A stretch of 63,932 nucleotides of DNA, the filler included. It is 7 parts of 7 records of this genome, joined end to end, with 100 filler letters (N's around TTAATTAATTAA, not from the genome) between each part and the next. Parts side by side here need not be neighbours in the genome. Positions count along the whole stretch, not along the records: positions 13,455 to 34,603 come from DRR723986_10923; positions 34,704 to 43,263 come from DRR723986_10938; 5 more parts are not named here. One strand, written 5' to 3'. Both the position numbers and the translations under genes were made by a program. The notes under the pieces were generated by a model that was given only the letters and a program-made list of their open reading frames with translations, ran no database searches and was not told the origin of the DNA. Below are positions 30,053 through 40,203 of this stretch, one piece after another; position 1 is the first letter of the stretch, and the number at the start of each line of letters is the position of its first letter.

Positions 30053-30469
30053 TTATTTAGATGTAATCATTACAGTTAAACGGCCGGTGCAAACGAGTCG
30101 ATTTTCTTCATCTGTGATATCGACTTGCCAAACATGTGTTCTTCGGCCACAGTGAATTATTGTTGCTTTCCCAGTCACCAAACCACTTTTTACTCCTCTT
30201 AAATGATTGGCATTGATTTCTAATCCAACAATGTTTTGCTTTGTGATATCCACAATTAAACTTGATCCTATCGAACCTAAACTTTCTATCAACACTGCAC
30301 TAGCACCTCCATGTAACAAGCCCATAGGTTGATGAGTTCTTTTATCCACCGGCATTGTCGCAATGATATAATCTTCACCAACTTCTGTAGTTTGAATGTC
30401 TAAGACCTCTAACATAGTGTCTTTATTCATTCGGTTGATAACCTCTACTGGAACTTTTGTATTCAACAT
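30053..30469 (-). CDS. menI: Hotdog thioesterase (DHNA-CoA hydrolase MenI-like)
   Basis: HQPMGLLHGGAS...E, GLEINANH. Confidence 0.8.
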   Translation of the reverse strand: MLNTKVPVEVINRMNKDTMLEVLDIQTTEVGEDYIIATMPVDKRTHQPMGLLHGGASAVLIESLGSIGSSLIVDITKQNIVGLEINANHLRGVKSGLVTGKATIIHCGRRTHVWQVDITDEENRLVCTGRLTVMITSK

Positions 30470-30475
30470 GATGAT

Positions 30476-31552
30476 TTATTTAGGAGCTCTTTTGTACATG
30501 TAAACGGCAACAATCCCGAAAAGTATATTCGGAAGCCATACGGCTAAAAATGGCGTAAAACCAACTTTTATAGCAGCAACAGTTGTCATTTGCATACTAA
30601 AGATATATAAAACGGCTATTAGTAATCCTATGGCTATGTTAATCCCCAAACCACCTCTTGCTTTTTTACTGGAAACTGAAACACCAATTAAGGTAAGTAT
30701 AAAGATGGCGAAAGGGGATGCTAGACGTTTGTATTTCTCAATGAGATAAACAGGTAAACTGTCAGATCCTCTCATTTTTTCTTGTTCAATGAACTTGTTT
30801 AATTCTTTATTATTCATTGATTCAATCACATTTTTTCTAAAGATGATGTCACTAATGCTAAAGTTCAGCACCGTGTCAACATTGAAGTGAAAACTGAGTT
30901 CATCATGAAAATCCCCAAATCTTCTCAGTTCATAACGATCAAAATGCCAGTTGTTAGAGGTTGAATCGCCTAATGCTCTATTGGCTTCTAAGATATATTC
31001 TAATGAATCTCCATCCCATTTTTCCAATGAGAAATCTTTTATTTCTGCAGTTAATCCATTAAAAGATCTGAAATATAAAAACTGATCTTCATTGATTTTG
31101 GCCCTTACTTTTTCTTTGGATGAGAAATCACGGTAATATTTGGCTTCAAAATCAAGACGTGATTCGTTAGATGGTGGAAGCACATAGTTGGTCATTAAAA
31201 TTGTTACTACCACTAAGATTGCTGCAGAAATAAAGTAAGGTCGTAAGAATCTATTGAAACTAACGCCTGCGCTTAGAATCGGCACAATTTCAGTATTGTT
31301 GGCCATCTTTGAAGTGAACCATATCACTGAAATGAAATTGATTAAATAGATAAATTGAAATCCGTAAAACAGAAAAAAGTTAGAATAATAGATGAGGATA
31401 ATCTCATCCCATGGCGCACCAGCAGCAAGAAAATCATTCAGTTTTTCAGATAGGTCAAAGACCATACTGATGGTCATTAATAAGACTAGAATAAACACAA
31501 AAGTTCCGAGAAACTTTTTTATGATAAATCGATCTAGCTTAGTTAAAATCAC
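30476..31552 (-). CDS. LptF/LptG family LPS export permease
   Basis: LDRFIIKKFL, EIVPILSAGVS..R, AVWLPN; 3+3 TM layout. Confidence 0.92.
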   Translation of the reverse strand: MILTKLDRFIIKKFLGTFVFILVLLMTISMVFDLSEKLNDFLAAGAPWDEIILIYYSNFFLFYGFQFIYLINFISVIWFTSKMANNTEIVPILSAGVSFNRFLRPYFISAAILVVVTILMTNYVLPPSNESRLDFEAKYYRDFSSKEKVRAKINEDQFLYFRSFNGLTAEIKDFSLEKWDGDSLEYILEANRALGDSTSNNWHFDRYELRRFGDFHDELSFHFNVDTVLNFSISDIIFRKNVIESMNNKELNKFIEQEKMRGSDSLPVYLIEKYKRLASPFAIFILTLIGVSVSSKKARGGLGINIAIGLLIAVLYIFSMQMTTVAAIKVGFTPFLAVWLPNILFGIVAVYMYKRAPK

Positions 31553-31553
31553 C

Positions 31554-32684
31554 TTATAATTTTTGGCTCAATTTAGGAACCATTTCATTTTTCCAATCTG
31601 TAAACGTACCCTGTTCAATTTGATTGCGTGCTTCACCAACTAACCATAAATAAAATGCCAAATTATGGATGCTACCAATTTGCGCAGCAAGCGCTTCCTT
31701 GGCATGAAATAGGTGTCTAACATAGGCTTTGGTGTAAAAGCTGTCTACATAAGATGTGCCGTCAGGGTCTAAGACAGAAAAATCGTCTTTCCATTTCGCA
31801 TTCTTCATATTCAGAATACCGTTTTTAGTAAAAAGAGTGCCGTGACGCGCGTTTCGAGTTGGCATTACGCAGTCAAACATGTCTACACCTAGAGCAATAC
31901 ATTCTAAAATGTTTGCGGGTGTTCCAACTCCCATTAAATATCGTGGTTTGTCTTTAGGTAAGATTGCACAAACATGCTCAGTCATACCGTAAAGTTCTTC
32001 ATCCGGTTCACCAACTGAAAGTCCACCAATCGCATTCCCTTCTGCTTCAAATGAAGCAATTGTTTCAGCACTTTGCGTTCTTAGATCTTTGTAGACTGAA
32101 CCTTGAACAATAGGGAATAGCGTCTGATTATAACCGTAAAGTCCTTCAGTTTCATTCATCCTATCCATACATCTTTTTAACCAACGGTGGGTCATGTGCA
32201 TGGAGTTTTTGGCATAATTATATTCGCAAGGATAAGGTGTGCATTCATCAAATGCCATGATGATGTCAGCTCCTATAATTCGTTGAATGTCTATGGCGCG
32301 TTCAGGTGAGAAAAAGTGCTTTGAACCATCAATATGAGATCTAAACTCACATCCTTCTTCTTCAATTTTACGCGTTCCTGATAATGAGTAGACTTGGTAG
32401 CCACCGCTGTCCGTTAAAATGGGCTTATCCCATCCGTTAAATTTATGAAGTCCCCCCGCAGCTTCCATCACTTCTAGCCCAGGACGTAAATACAAATGAT
32501 AGGTATTTCCTAATATGATTTGAGCTTTAATGTCATCCTTTAATTCTCGCTGATGTACAGCTTTCACAGTTCCAGCAGTACCTACCGGCATGAAAATAGG
32601 AGTTTTTATTTCTCCATGATCAGTGGTGATAGTGCCCGTTCTTGCTTTAGAATTAGGATCGGTATGTTCTAGAATAAAATCCAT
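31554..32684 (-). CDS. tgt: tRNA-guanine transglycosylase
   Basis: TPIFMPVGT, NTYHLYLRPG, TDSGGYQ, DMFDCVMPTRNAR. Confidence 0.98.
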   Translation of the reverse strand: MDFILEHTDPNSKARTGTITTDHGEIKTPIFMPVGTAGTVKAVHQRELKDDIKAQIILGNTYHLYLRPGLEVMEAAGGLHKFNGWDKPILTDSGGYQVYSLSGTRKIEEEGCEFRSHIDGSKHFFSPERAIDIQRIIGADIIMAFDECTPYPCEYNYAKNSMHMTHRWLKRCMDRMNETEGLYGYNQTLFPIVQGSVYKDLRTQSAETIASFEAEGNAIGGLSVGEPDEELYGMTEHVCAILPKDKPRYLMGVGTPANILECIALGVDMFDCVMPTRNARHGTLFTKNGILNMKNAKWKDDFSVLDPDGTSYVDSFYTKAYVRHLFHAKEALAAQIGSIHNLAFYLWLVGEARNQIEQGTFTDWKNEMVPKLSQKL

Positions 32685-32707
32685 TTTGTTGATAAAATTC
32701 GGCGGAA

Positions 32708-32715
32708 CAAATATA
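32708..32715 (-). promoter_or_regulatory. Bacteroidota -7 element (TATATTTG) for tgt
   Basis: TAnnTTTG match 23 bp upstream of ATG. Confidence 0.6.
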
Positions 32716-32753
32716 GGGCTTATAAATAGTTCTGACCTTTGATACTTGTATTA

Positions 32754-33884
32754 ATGAATTTCATTCCTGAAATATCTTTTGACCCAGTCGGAATAACCTT
32801 TTTGGTCTTTTGCTCAGCCGTTTTTATCCAGTTGATGTATCTATTTGTTTTTCATTTAAGACTCTTACTGCATAAAAGAACGAAAGAACGCATCAATTTT
32901 GACCCGGTAACAGTTATTATTTGTGCGAGAAACGAGGAAGATAACTTGTTCAAGAATCTTCCGAAAGTGCTTTCTCAGAATTATCCAAAATTTGAAGTGA
33001 TTGTTGTGAACGACCAAAGTGTGGACGATTCAAGGCATATCGTTCAGGCTTATATGAAAAAGCATACCAACCTAAAATACATAGAGTTAGAACGAAACAA
33101 GCACCGAAAATTTGGGAAGAAAGTGCCGTTAACTGTAGGGATTAAGGGAGCGTCATACGAAAGAATTTTGTTGATAGATGCTGATTGTTACCCGGCCTCT
33201 GATCAATGGATGCGAAAAATGATGGCGAACTATCATAAAGACAAAGAGATTGTTGTTGGCTACGGTCCTTATGAAAAGCAGAAGGGTTGGTTGAATAAGA
33301 TGATTCGATTTGATACAACAAGTATTGCCGCAACTTACCTGAGTTTTGCTAAAAATAGGAAGCCTTATATGGCTGTTGGTCGTAATATGAGTTATTTGAA
33401 GTCCACCTTTTTTAAGGTGAATGGTTTCAAAAAGCACTATCACATCCAATCGGGGGATGACGATTTGTTCATGCAAGACGCCGCTCGTGGGAGGAACGTA
33501 GGGATTGAGATTAATCCTGAAACCTTTGTTTATTCTCATCCCAACACAAGTTGGAAAGACTGGGTAAAACAAAAACAAAGGCATTTTACAACGGCGAGTC
33601 ATTATCGACTTATTAACAAAATACTATTAGGAATATTCCCCGTGAGCATGATTTTGATGCTCTTTTCTTTCATTATTTTGCTAATTAGTTTTGAGTGGTG
33701 GCCTTTTGTCATTTCTCTCCTGGGATTTAGGTATCTGATGTATTGGTTAATCAATGGTCTGTTATTCAAAAAATTAGGAGAAAAAGATTTGATAATCTGG
33801 TTCCCAATAATGGAGATGATCCATTTTGTGATCATGCCTTTTATATTTTATTCAACAGACAGAAGAGAACCCGGTAGATGGTAA
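32754..33884 (+). CDS. GT2-family glycosyltransferase, membrane-bound
   Basis: VIICARNE, DQSVD, GKK, DAD, GDDD and QKQRH motifs; N- and C-terminal TMs (start 32739 or 32754). Confidence 0.9.
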   Translation: MNFIPEISFDPVGITFLVFCSAVFIQLMYLFVFHLRLLLHKRTKERINFDPVTVIICARNEEDNLFKNLPKVLSQNYPKFEVIVVNDQSVDDSRHIVQAYMKKHTNLKYIELERNKHRKFGKKVPLTVGIKGASYERILLIDADCYPASDQWMRKMMANYHKDKEIVVGYGPYEKQKGWLNKMIRFDTTSIAATYLSFAKNRKPYMAVGRNMSYLKSTFFKVNGFKKHYHIQSGDDDLFMQDAARGRNVGIEINPETFVYSHPNTSWKDWVKQKQRHFTTASHYRLINKILLGIFPVSMILMLFSFIILLISFEWWPFVISLLGFRYLMYWLINGLLFKKLGEKDLIIWFPIMEMIHFVIMPFIFYSTDRREPGRW

Positions 33885-34483
33885 AAGGAAATAACTTATC
33901 TGATAAAGGAAAACGAGATTTACAACTCGTAGAGAAAGCCTTAAATGGTGATCAATTAGCTTATGGTAATTTAATGGAAATGTACCGTGAGTCCATCTAT
34001 TTTATGATGCTTAAAATGGTGCGCACTGAGGATGATGCTGAAGATTTAACAATTGAAGCCTTCGGTAAAGCATTTAATCGTTTGCATCAATACTCACCTT
34101 CGTTTGCCTTTTCAACTTGGCTGTTTAAAATTGCTTCTAACAATGCCATTGACTTTATTCGAAAGAAAAGAATTAAGGTAACCTCTATGGATTCTGCTTA
34201 TACGAATGATGATGGAGAATCGGTAGGTATAGATGTCAGTAGTGAAGCTAAGAATCCTGCAGAAGAAACTATGCATCTTGAAAAAGTTGAGGTGATGCGT
34301 GAGATTGTTAAAAAACTGAAACCACGTTACCGAGATTTGATCGAGAAGCGTTATTTCCAAGAATTGTCTTACGAAGAGATTGCTGATGATATGAGTTTGC
34401 CTCTAGGAACCGTTAAGGCTCAATTGTTTCGAGCACGGGCGTTTTTAGCAGACATGATGAAGCACACTAAGGATACTATTTAG
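33878..34483 (+). CDS. ECF sigma-70 factor
   Basis: DAEDLT.EAF, FSTWLFKIA.N.AID, LSYEEIA, GTVKAQLFRAR. Confidence 0.95.
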   Translation: MVKGNNLSDKGKRDLQLVEKALNGDQLAYGNLMEMYRESIYFMMLKMVRTEDDAEDLTIEAFGKAFNRLHQYSPSFAFSTWLFKIASNNAIDFIRKKRIKVTSMDSAYTNDDGESVGIDVSSEAKNPAEETMHLEKVEVMREIVKKLKPRYRDLIEKRYFQELSYEEIADDMSLPLGTVKAQLFRARAFLADMMKHTKDTI

Positions 34484-34603
34484 CTCGCTGCGCTCGCAGA
34501 TCGACAATTCGCTTTGCTCTTGTCTTTTAGATCGTTCTTTGCTTGGCTTTGCCAAGCGCATCACTGTTAGATCGTCAATTCGCTGCGCTCTTGACTTAAA
34601 GAT
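34484..34603. repeat. REP-like hairpin repeat cluster at contig end
   Basis: AGATCG at 34498, 34529, 34569 and truncated at 34600; TCGCTGCGCTC core repeated; hairpins GACAA/TTGTC, GCTTGGC/GCCAAGC, GTCAA/TTGAC. Confidence 0.75.
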
Positions 34604-34703
34604 NNNNNNNNNNNNNNNNNNNNNNNNNNNNNNNNNNNNNNNNNNNNTTAATTAATTAANNNNNNNNNNNNNNNNNNNNNNNNNNNNNNNNNNNNNNNNN
34701 NNN
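34604..34703. other. Artificial contig spacer
   Basis: N-run with TTAATTAATTAA. Confidence 0.99.
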
Positions 34704-34802
34704 CAGCTTGCCTTTGGCGTGCTGGGCTTCGATCCGCCGCTCGCCGCCGCCAAGGCGTGCCTGTTCCCGTTTCTGCTCCAGCGCTTCGATCACATCCTGC
34801 AT
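34704..34802 (-). CDS. pccB: Acyl-CoA (propionyl-CoA) carboxylase beta subunit, 5' fragment
   Basis: MQDVIEALEQKREQARLGGGERRIEAQHAKGKL; AGGAG RBS. Confidence 0.85.
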
Positions 34803-35235
34803 CCGACCCGGGCTCCTTGCTAAAAGAGTGTCATATATTTTGTCCGAAGTGCTTGATAGTCGCACCACATCGCTTGGCAAGGGCATGCTGTCGGCTATCT
34901 CGTCGCTGCCCTCGCGGATTGCCCTTGCGTCAGCGGTATTGGCTCCGGCGGAATAGCGCGCCCAACCAAATCATGCCGTTGCGAACACAGCCCGCCAGAA
35001 TGAGCATTTCCGGCGCCACCAGCCTTGCCTGTGAAGTGAGACTGACCACACAGCGCATGGCTCAATCCCATGATGAGCCGCATGGACGTGCGCGTAAACA
35101 TCGGATGCTTTCCGGGCCCACCCAAGCGGCATTACGCAAGGGAAGCCAAACGTGAACCATTTTTTGGTCACTCCGCCCATTGCGAAACCTCGGCGCCTCC
35201 TCACCTCAAGCCCGTCAGATTGCCGGTCATCCCCC

Positions 35236-35266
35236 AAAAAACGCCCCGGATGTTCGGTCCGGGGCG
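35236..35266 (-). terminator. Intrinsic terminator
   Basis: CGCCCCGGA/TCCGGGGCG stem followed by T6 on the minus strand. Confidence 0.75.
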
Positions 35267-35310
35267 CCAGATAGAACTCCACTACTCTGGGGGAAGAAGA
35301 ACGCAGGTTT

Positions 35311-35823
35311 CTACCAGCGGTTCCTGCGTCCGTCATAGCGAGGCCCGCCACCTCGGTGCGGAACACCCTGAATGTCTGTCACCCGGCCACGACGGACGGT
35401 GCAGCTCACCCCCCGTTCGAAATCGTGCCGGCGGCCTTCGAACTCCACCTCACGGAAGCGGACGGTGTATCCACCCCGCCCGAATGGTTGGGCCCAGGCT
35501 CGGCTGTCGAAATCGACATCACGGAATCCCATCCTGCGAGCTTCTTGTCTGATGCCTTTCCGGCATGCCTGGATCGCCTCGCGGCTCATCCGATCACGAT
35601 AATTTGGCGCATAGCCGCGTGTCGCTCCGCGATAGCTGTACGCAGCCGGACGATAATCATAGCCGCCATGTCCGACCTCTATGAAGAGAGCTGAATTATC
35701 ACCAAGGTCGGTGGCGATTGCCGCACGAACCGGCGGACTGTCCGCCGAGGCCGGGAGAGCGATGAGGGCTGACGCAGCAAAGGCAACGGCAGCCGCTCCG
35801 GAAGTTATGACGTGTTTCATCAT
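35311..35823 (-). CDS. Secreted hypothetical protein
   Basis: Signal peptide MMKHVITSG...PASA; two-Cys small domain; followed by a terminator. Confidence 0.7.
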   Translation of the reverse strand: MMKHVITSGAAAVAFAASALIALPASADSPPVRAAIATDLGDNSALFIEVGHGGYDYRPAAYSYRGATRGYAPNYRDRMSREAIQACRKGIRQEARRMGFRDVDFDSRAWAQPFGRGGYTVRFREVEFEGRRHDFERGVSCTVRRGRVTDIQGVPHRGGGPRYDGRRNRW

Positions 35824-36075
35824 GCCCGCAGGAAAACACGCCGTACCGGAACCGATACTGAAATGAGCGTTCATTTCCCGTTGTCGGACGATTTTGCCGA
35901 AACCATTTTGTTTTGGCCCCAAAACGACCATAATTCGCCTGTTAGGCGAAAGCAGGCGCACTCAACGGGCATAAAGCTGCTATTTTTTGAACCATTCCGT
36001 TTTTTAAGGTGACGAAACTCCGTGACACAGGCATTCGGTTGAATAAACCGACAATCCAGAACGGATGGTGGAGCC

Positions 36076-37908
36076 ATGAACAAATCATTGGCCTGGAAAA
36101 TTACGGCTGTATCTCTCGCGGTACTGATGACCGCATGCGGTGGAAGCGGTGGCGGAAACGGCACGAGCAGTGGCGGCGTCACGACGCCTGTGCCTCCACC
36201 GCCTCCGCCGCCTCCACCACCACCTCCTCCTCCGCCCCCTCCGCCGCCGGCGACACAGGGAGATTCCGGTTTTGCGACGCAGGAGAGCACTTCCCGCTTC
36301 CTGACGCAGGCAACATTCGGACCAACGACCGAAGATCTCGATGCTTTGACCGGGACGAGTGCTTCACAATGGCTGGTCAGTGAATTCGCCAAACCGGCGA
36401 GTCTGAATCTGGCCTGGGTGACTAATTTTCAGGAATTGCCAGGCTCAAGAGGTGTCGAAGGCCTGATCAATGACAGAGGCGCGGAAGCCCCGACGCACTC
36501 TTTCTGGATCAACGCCATCACGGGAGACGATCAGCTACGCCAGCGTATCACATTCGCTTTGTCGCAGATCATCGTCGTCTCGCATCACGAATCCTCCAGT
36601 TCAACTTTCCGGCGGCCGATCACGGTCGCCTACTATCAGGATATTCTGGCCCGCAACGCGTTCGGCAATTACCGGGAGCTTCTGGAAGAGATCACCTATT
36701 CCCCGGCCATGGCTTATTACCTGACCTATTTCAGGAACCAGAAGGAAGATCCCAACACGCACCGCATGCCTGATGAGAACTATGCGCGAGAAATCATGCA
36801 ATTGTTCACGATCGGCCTCAACGAACTGAATCACGATGGAACCGTCAAGCTCGGAACGGACGGTCAACCGATTCCGACCTTTGACAATGACGATGTGGCC
36901 GGATTGGCCAAGGTGTTCACAGGCCTGGCTCCGAACACGGGCGACTTCGACCCATACAACAAGGGAATTCAGGAGGCCTACGAGGCACAGCCACTCGTCG
37001 TCTACCCTGCCTATCACTCTTCTTCGGAGAAGAGTTTCCTCGGCACAACAATCCCCGCCGGAACAAGCGGTGCAGAGAGCATCGACATTGCTCTGGATAC
37101 CTTGTTCCAGCACCCCAATATGGGTCCCTTCCTCAGTCGACAGATGATCCAGCGGCTTGTCACCAGCAACCCTTCGCCCGCCTATGTGGGACGCGTCGCG
37201 ACAGCGTTTGAGACGGGTCGATATACGCTTCCCGACGGCACGAGCGTTGGTGATGGACGTCGCGGCTCCATGGAGGCGATGGTGGCCGCCATTCTCATGG
37301 ATGCTGAAGCCAGGTCCGACGAGATGCTCGCGTTCGATACATTCGGCAAAGTTCGGGAGCCTGCGATCCGGTTCGCCCAATGGGCTCGTGCTTTTGATGC
37401 ATCAGCGGTCACCCCAGAAGACTCGTTCAACCCATACGACGAGACAACAAACATGACGCTCGGCCAGATTCCGTATCAGGCTGCATCCGTATTCAACTTC
37501 TATCGTCCTGGCTATGTTCCTCCAGGCAGCGAAACAGGCGCTGCAGGCATGACCGTCCCAGAACTTCAGATCACGAATAGTTCGACGCTCGTCGGCTATG
37601 CGAACTTCATAGCTCACTTCGCTTTTGCTAAAGCCCTGAACGGGAATGAAGCGCATAGCACAAGCTTCATTCCAGACTACACAGATGAGCGTGCTCTGGC
37701 GAACGACCCCGCGGCACTGGTTGACCATCTCGATACGCTACTTGCATCCAGCCAACTCACCGATACCACCAAGAACAATATCGTGCAGGCAATCGACGCC
37801 ATACCGCTGACGAACGAGAACATCTACCGGTATGACGGACCACTGGAGCGGATCGGTACGGCCGTCCTAATGGTTATGACGTCCCCAGAATATCTTGTGC
37901 AGCGTTAG
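36076..37908 (+). CDS. DUF1800-family lipoprotein with polyproline linker
   Basis: Lipobox LMTAC; 19 consecutive Pro; RFLTQATFG, DQLRQR, PDENYAREIMQLFTIG, KVREP, SVFNFY. Confidence 0.92.
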   Translation: MNKSLAWKITAVSLAVLMTACGGSGGGNGTSSGGVTTPVPPPPPPPPPPPPPPPPPPPATQGDSGFATQESTSRFLTQATFGPTTEDLDALTGTSASQWLVSEFAKPASLNLAWVTNFQELPGSRGVEGLINDRGAEAPTHSFWINAITGDDQLRQRITFALSQIIVVSHHESSSSTFRRPITVAYYQDILARNAFGNYRELLEEITYSPAMAYYLTYFRNQKEDPNTHRMPDENYAREIMQLFTIGLNELNHDGTVKLGTDGQPIPTFDNDDVAGLAKVFTGLAPNTGDFDPYNKGIQEAYEAQPLVVYPAYHSSSEKSFLGTTIPAGTSGAESIDIALDTLFQHPNMGPFLSRQMIQRLVTSNPSPAYVGRVATAFETGRYTLPDGTSVGDGRRGSMEAMVAAILMDAEARSDEMLAFDTFGKVREPAIRFAQWARAFDASAVTPEDSFNPYDETTNMTLGQIPYQAASVFNFYRPGYVPPGSETGAAGMTVPELQITNSSTLVGYANFIAHFAFAKALNGNEAHSTSFIPDYTDERALANDPAALVDHLDTLLASSQLTDTTKNNIVQAIDAIPLTNENIYRYDGPLERIGTAVLMVMTSPEYLVQR

Positions 37909-37911
37909 GAG

Positions 37912-39312
37912 ATGGATATGAGCATTTCCCGGAGACATCTCCTCAAAGGCATTGGCGCCGGCGCTCTGAGCGCAGCCACGCTAACGACACTCGGAAGCGC
38001 AATGCGTGGCTTTCAGGCCGCAAACGCCGCGGAAGTGACGGACTACAAAGCGCTGGTTTGTATCTTCATGTGGGGCGGATGCGACACGCACGATGTGTTG
38101 CTACCGTATGATCAAACATCCTATGACCAGCTCCGGAATATCAGGTCTTCCTTGCTAGGAAGCTACGGCGGAACCCGCGACCGTAGTCAGCTGCTGCCGA
38201 TAACGCCGACAAATTCCGCAGATTTCGGGGGACGCCAATTTGCCATGCCGCCGGAGATGAGCGAATTGCAGGGACTGTTTCAGTCGGGCGACATGGCATT
38301 TGTTGCCAATACCGGACCGCTGATAAGACCGCTGAACAGAACGCAATGGCGAGATGGGTCTGTGCCCGTACCCAAACAGCTTTTCTCGCACAATGATCAG
38401 CAGTCCACCTGGTCGGCAAGCGCACCCGAAGGTGCCCAGTTCGGCTGGGGAGGACGCTTTGCAGATGCCGCAGTTGCATCCGGAGCGAATATAAACCGGG
38501 AATTCAGCACGATCACATCAGTGGGTAACGAACTGTTTTTGACCGGGCAGGATGTGCTGCCCTACCAGATTGGCCTCAATGGCGCGCCGGAAATTGGCCT
38601 GCTATCGGAGTACAGCGATAACGGTATTTCAAACTTGTTGCGCCGCCACTTCACCGCTGCGGATTTCAATGGCAGCAACCTCATCGGGCGCGATGTTGCG
38701 CAAATTGCGGATAAATCCGTAGTGCTCAACGAATCCTACAATCAGGCGATCGCGAATCTCATCCCGATTTCAACACAGTTCCCACAATCTCACTTGGGTG
38801 CACAGCTACGTTCCATCGCCAATACGATCGCCATCCGGGATAGCCTGTCCGTACGCAGACAAGTGTTCTATGCAGGCATCGGCGGATTTGACACCCACTC
38901 CAATCAATCAGCCGACCTTCCCGGCCGGCTCTCGGATGTTTCTGCGTCCATCACGGCGTTCCACTCCGCCATGCAGGAACTTGGCATCGCGAACAGCGTG
39001 ACAACGTTCACGGCCTCCGATTTCGGGCGCACGCTATCTGCGAATGGCGATGGCACAGATCATGGCTGGGGCTCGCACCACATGGTCGTCGGCGGTGCCG
39101 TACAGGGTCAGCGCATCTACGGCGATGTTCCGCGGCCGGAGTTCGGGCATGCGCAGGATTCAGACAATGGCCGCCTGATCCCGACAATATCTGTGGAGCA
39201 ATATGCGGAACCCATGGGCCGCTGGTTCGGATTGAATGACAACGAACTTGCAGCGGCGTTGCCGAACCTCGGCAATTTCACTGCCGCCAATCCGGCCCGG
39301 AACATCCTTTAA
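37912..39312 (+). CDS. DUF1501-family Tat-exported protein
   Basis: SRRHLLKG; YKALVCIF..GG.D, LFSHNDQQ, GGFDTH, SDFGRT, GTDHGWG. Confidence 0.92.
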   Translation: MDMSISRRHLLKGIGAGALSAATLTTLGSAMRGFQAANAAEVTDYKALVCIFMWGGCDTHDVLLPYDQTSYDQLRNIRSSLLGSYGGTRDRSQLLPITPTNSADFGGRQFAMPPEMSELQGLFQSGDMAFVANTGPLIRPLNRTQWRDGSVPVPKQLFSHNDQQSTWSASAPEGAQFGWGGRFADAAVASGANINREFSTITSVGNELFLTGQDVLPYQIGLNGAPEIGLLSEYSDNGISNLLRRHFTAADFNGSNLIGRDVAQIADKSVVLNESYNQAIANLIPISTQFPQSHLGAQLRSIANTIAIRDSLSVRRQVFYAGIGGFDTHSNQSADLPGRLSDVSASITAFHSAMQELGIANSVTTFTASDFGRTLSANGDGTDHGWGSHHMVVGGAVQGQRIYGDVPRPEFGHAQDSDNGRLIPTISVEQYAEPMGRWFGLNDNELAAALPNLGNFTAANPARNIL

Positions 39313-39320
39313 CCGGACGA

Positions 39321-40163
39321 TCAGAGTACGTAGTGATCGCCGGATGCGCGGACGGTGACCTCGCCGACCGATACGCCCCATGGCTGATCAATCGCATGCA
39401 GGACTTCGCGCGCGATGAAGGCCGGATCGAGGACGAGGTAGTCGATGTTTTCCGGGTCGAGCGTCAGTCCGTCCAGTTTGCCTTCACGCAGAGCACCCAG
39501 TGACGTGCTGAAATCGACCATGTTCTGGCCCACAATTCCGACGACAGCTTCGGGATTTATGACGCCAGCGCCGAGACCGGTACCGGGCACGCCGGTCGGT
39601 TTCACAATCGTGACCTTGATCCGCCCACGTGACTCCATGCGCATCGATTCCGAGAGGAAGTTGACCGCCGCCTTTGTCGCGCCATAGACACCGGCGCCGA
39701 CGACCGGAAAATTCCCATAGATCGACGAGATATTGATGATGTGCCCGCGCCCCTGCGACAGCATCTGGTCGTGCACGGCCACCATGCCGTTCAGCACACC
39801 CCGGAAATTGATATCGATGCAACGATGCCAGGCTCCCATAGCTTCCTTGTGGTCGGCGAAGAAAGCGAGTGGCATGATCCCGGCATTGTTGATCATCACA
39901 TCAATCTGGCCGAAGGTTTCTACCGCCTTCTCTGCCAGAACTGCCATATCTTCCGCAGACGTCACATCTGCTTTGAACGCAACAGCTTCTCCACCAGCGG
40001 AACGGACCAACGCGACCGTTTCCTCGGCCGCCTCAATATTGATATCCGCGCAAACCATGCGCGCACCGCGTTCACCGGCTTGTTGAGAAATCAGGCGCCC
40101 GAAACCACCGCCGCCCCCAGTCACGACGATCACCTTGCCGTCTACGTAACCATTCTCCGCCAT
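39321..40163 (-). CDS. Short-chain dehydrogenase/reductase
   Basis: TGGGGGFG, NNAG, YGATK; start MAENG (40163) with GGGAGG RBS. Confidence 0.9.
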   Translation of the reverse strand: MAENGYVDGKVIVVTGGGGGFGRLISQQAGERGARMVCADINIEAAEETVALVRSAGGEAVAFKADVTSAEDMAVLAEKAVETFGQIDVMINNAGIMPLAFFADHKEAMGAWHRCIDINFRGVLNGMVAVHDQMLSQGRGHIINISSIYGNFPVVGAGVYGATKAAVNFLSESMRMESRGRIKVTIVKPTGVPGTGLGAGVINPEAVVGIVGQNMVDFSTSLGALREGKLDGLTLDPENIDYLVLDPAFIAREVLHAIDQPWGVSVGEVTVRASGDHYVL

Positions 40164-40203
40164 GTTTCCCTCCCATGCGGTTTGAATCATTCTTTTTTGT
40201 GGC

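Noticed and set aside
34484..34603. CRISPR array
   Set aside because: No identical 25-45-bp repeats with unique spacers and no cas genes; the same applies to 47261-47357
34895..35125. Small ORF or ncRNA upstream of pccB
   Set aside because: No clear RBS, motif or recognisable RNA structure; cannot be supported
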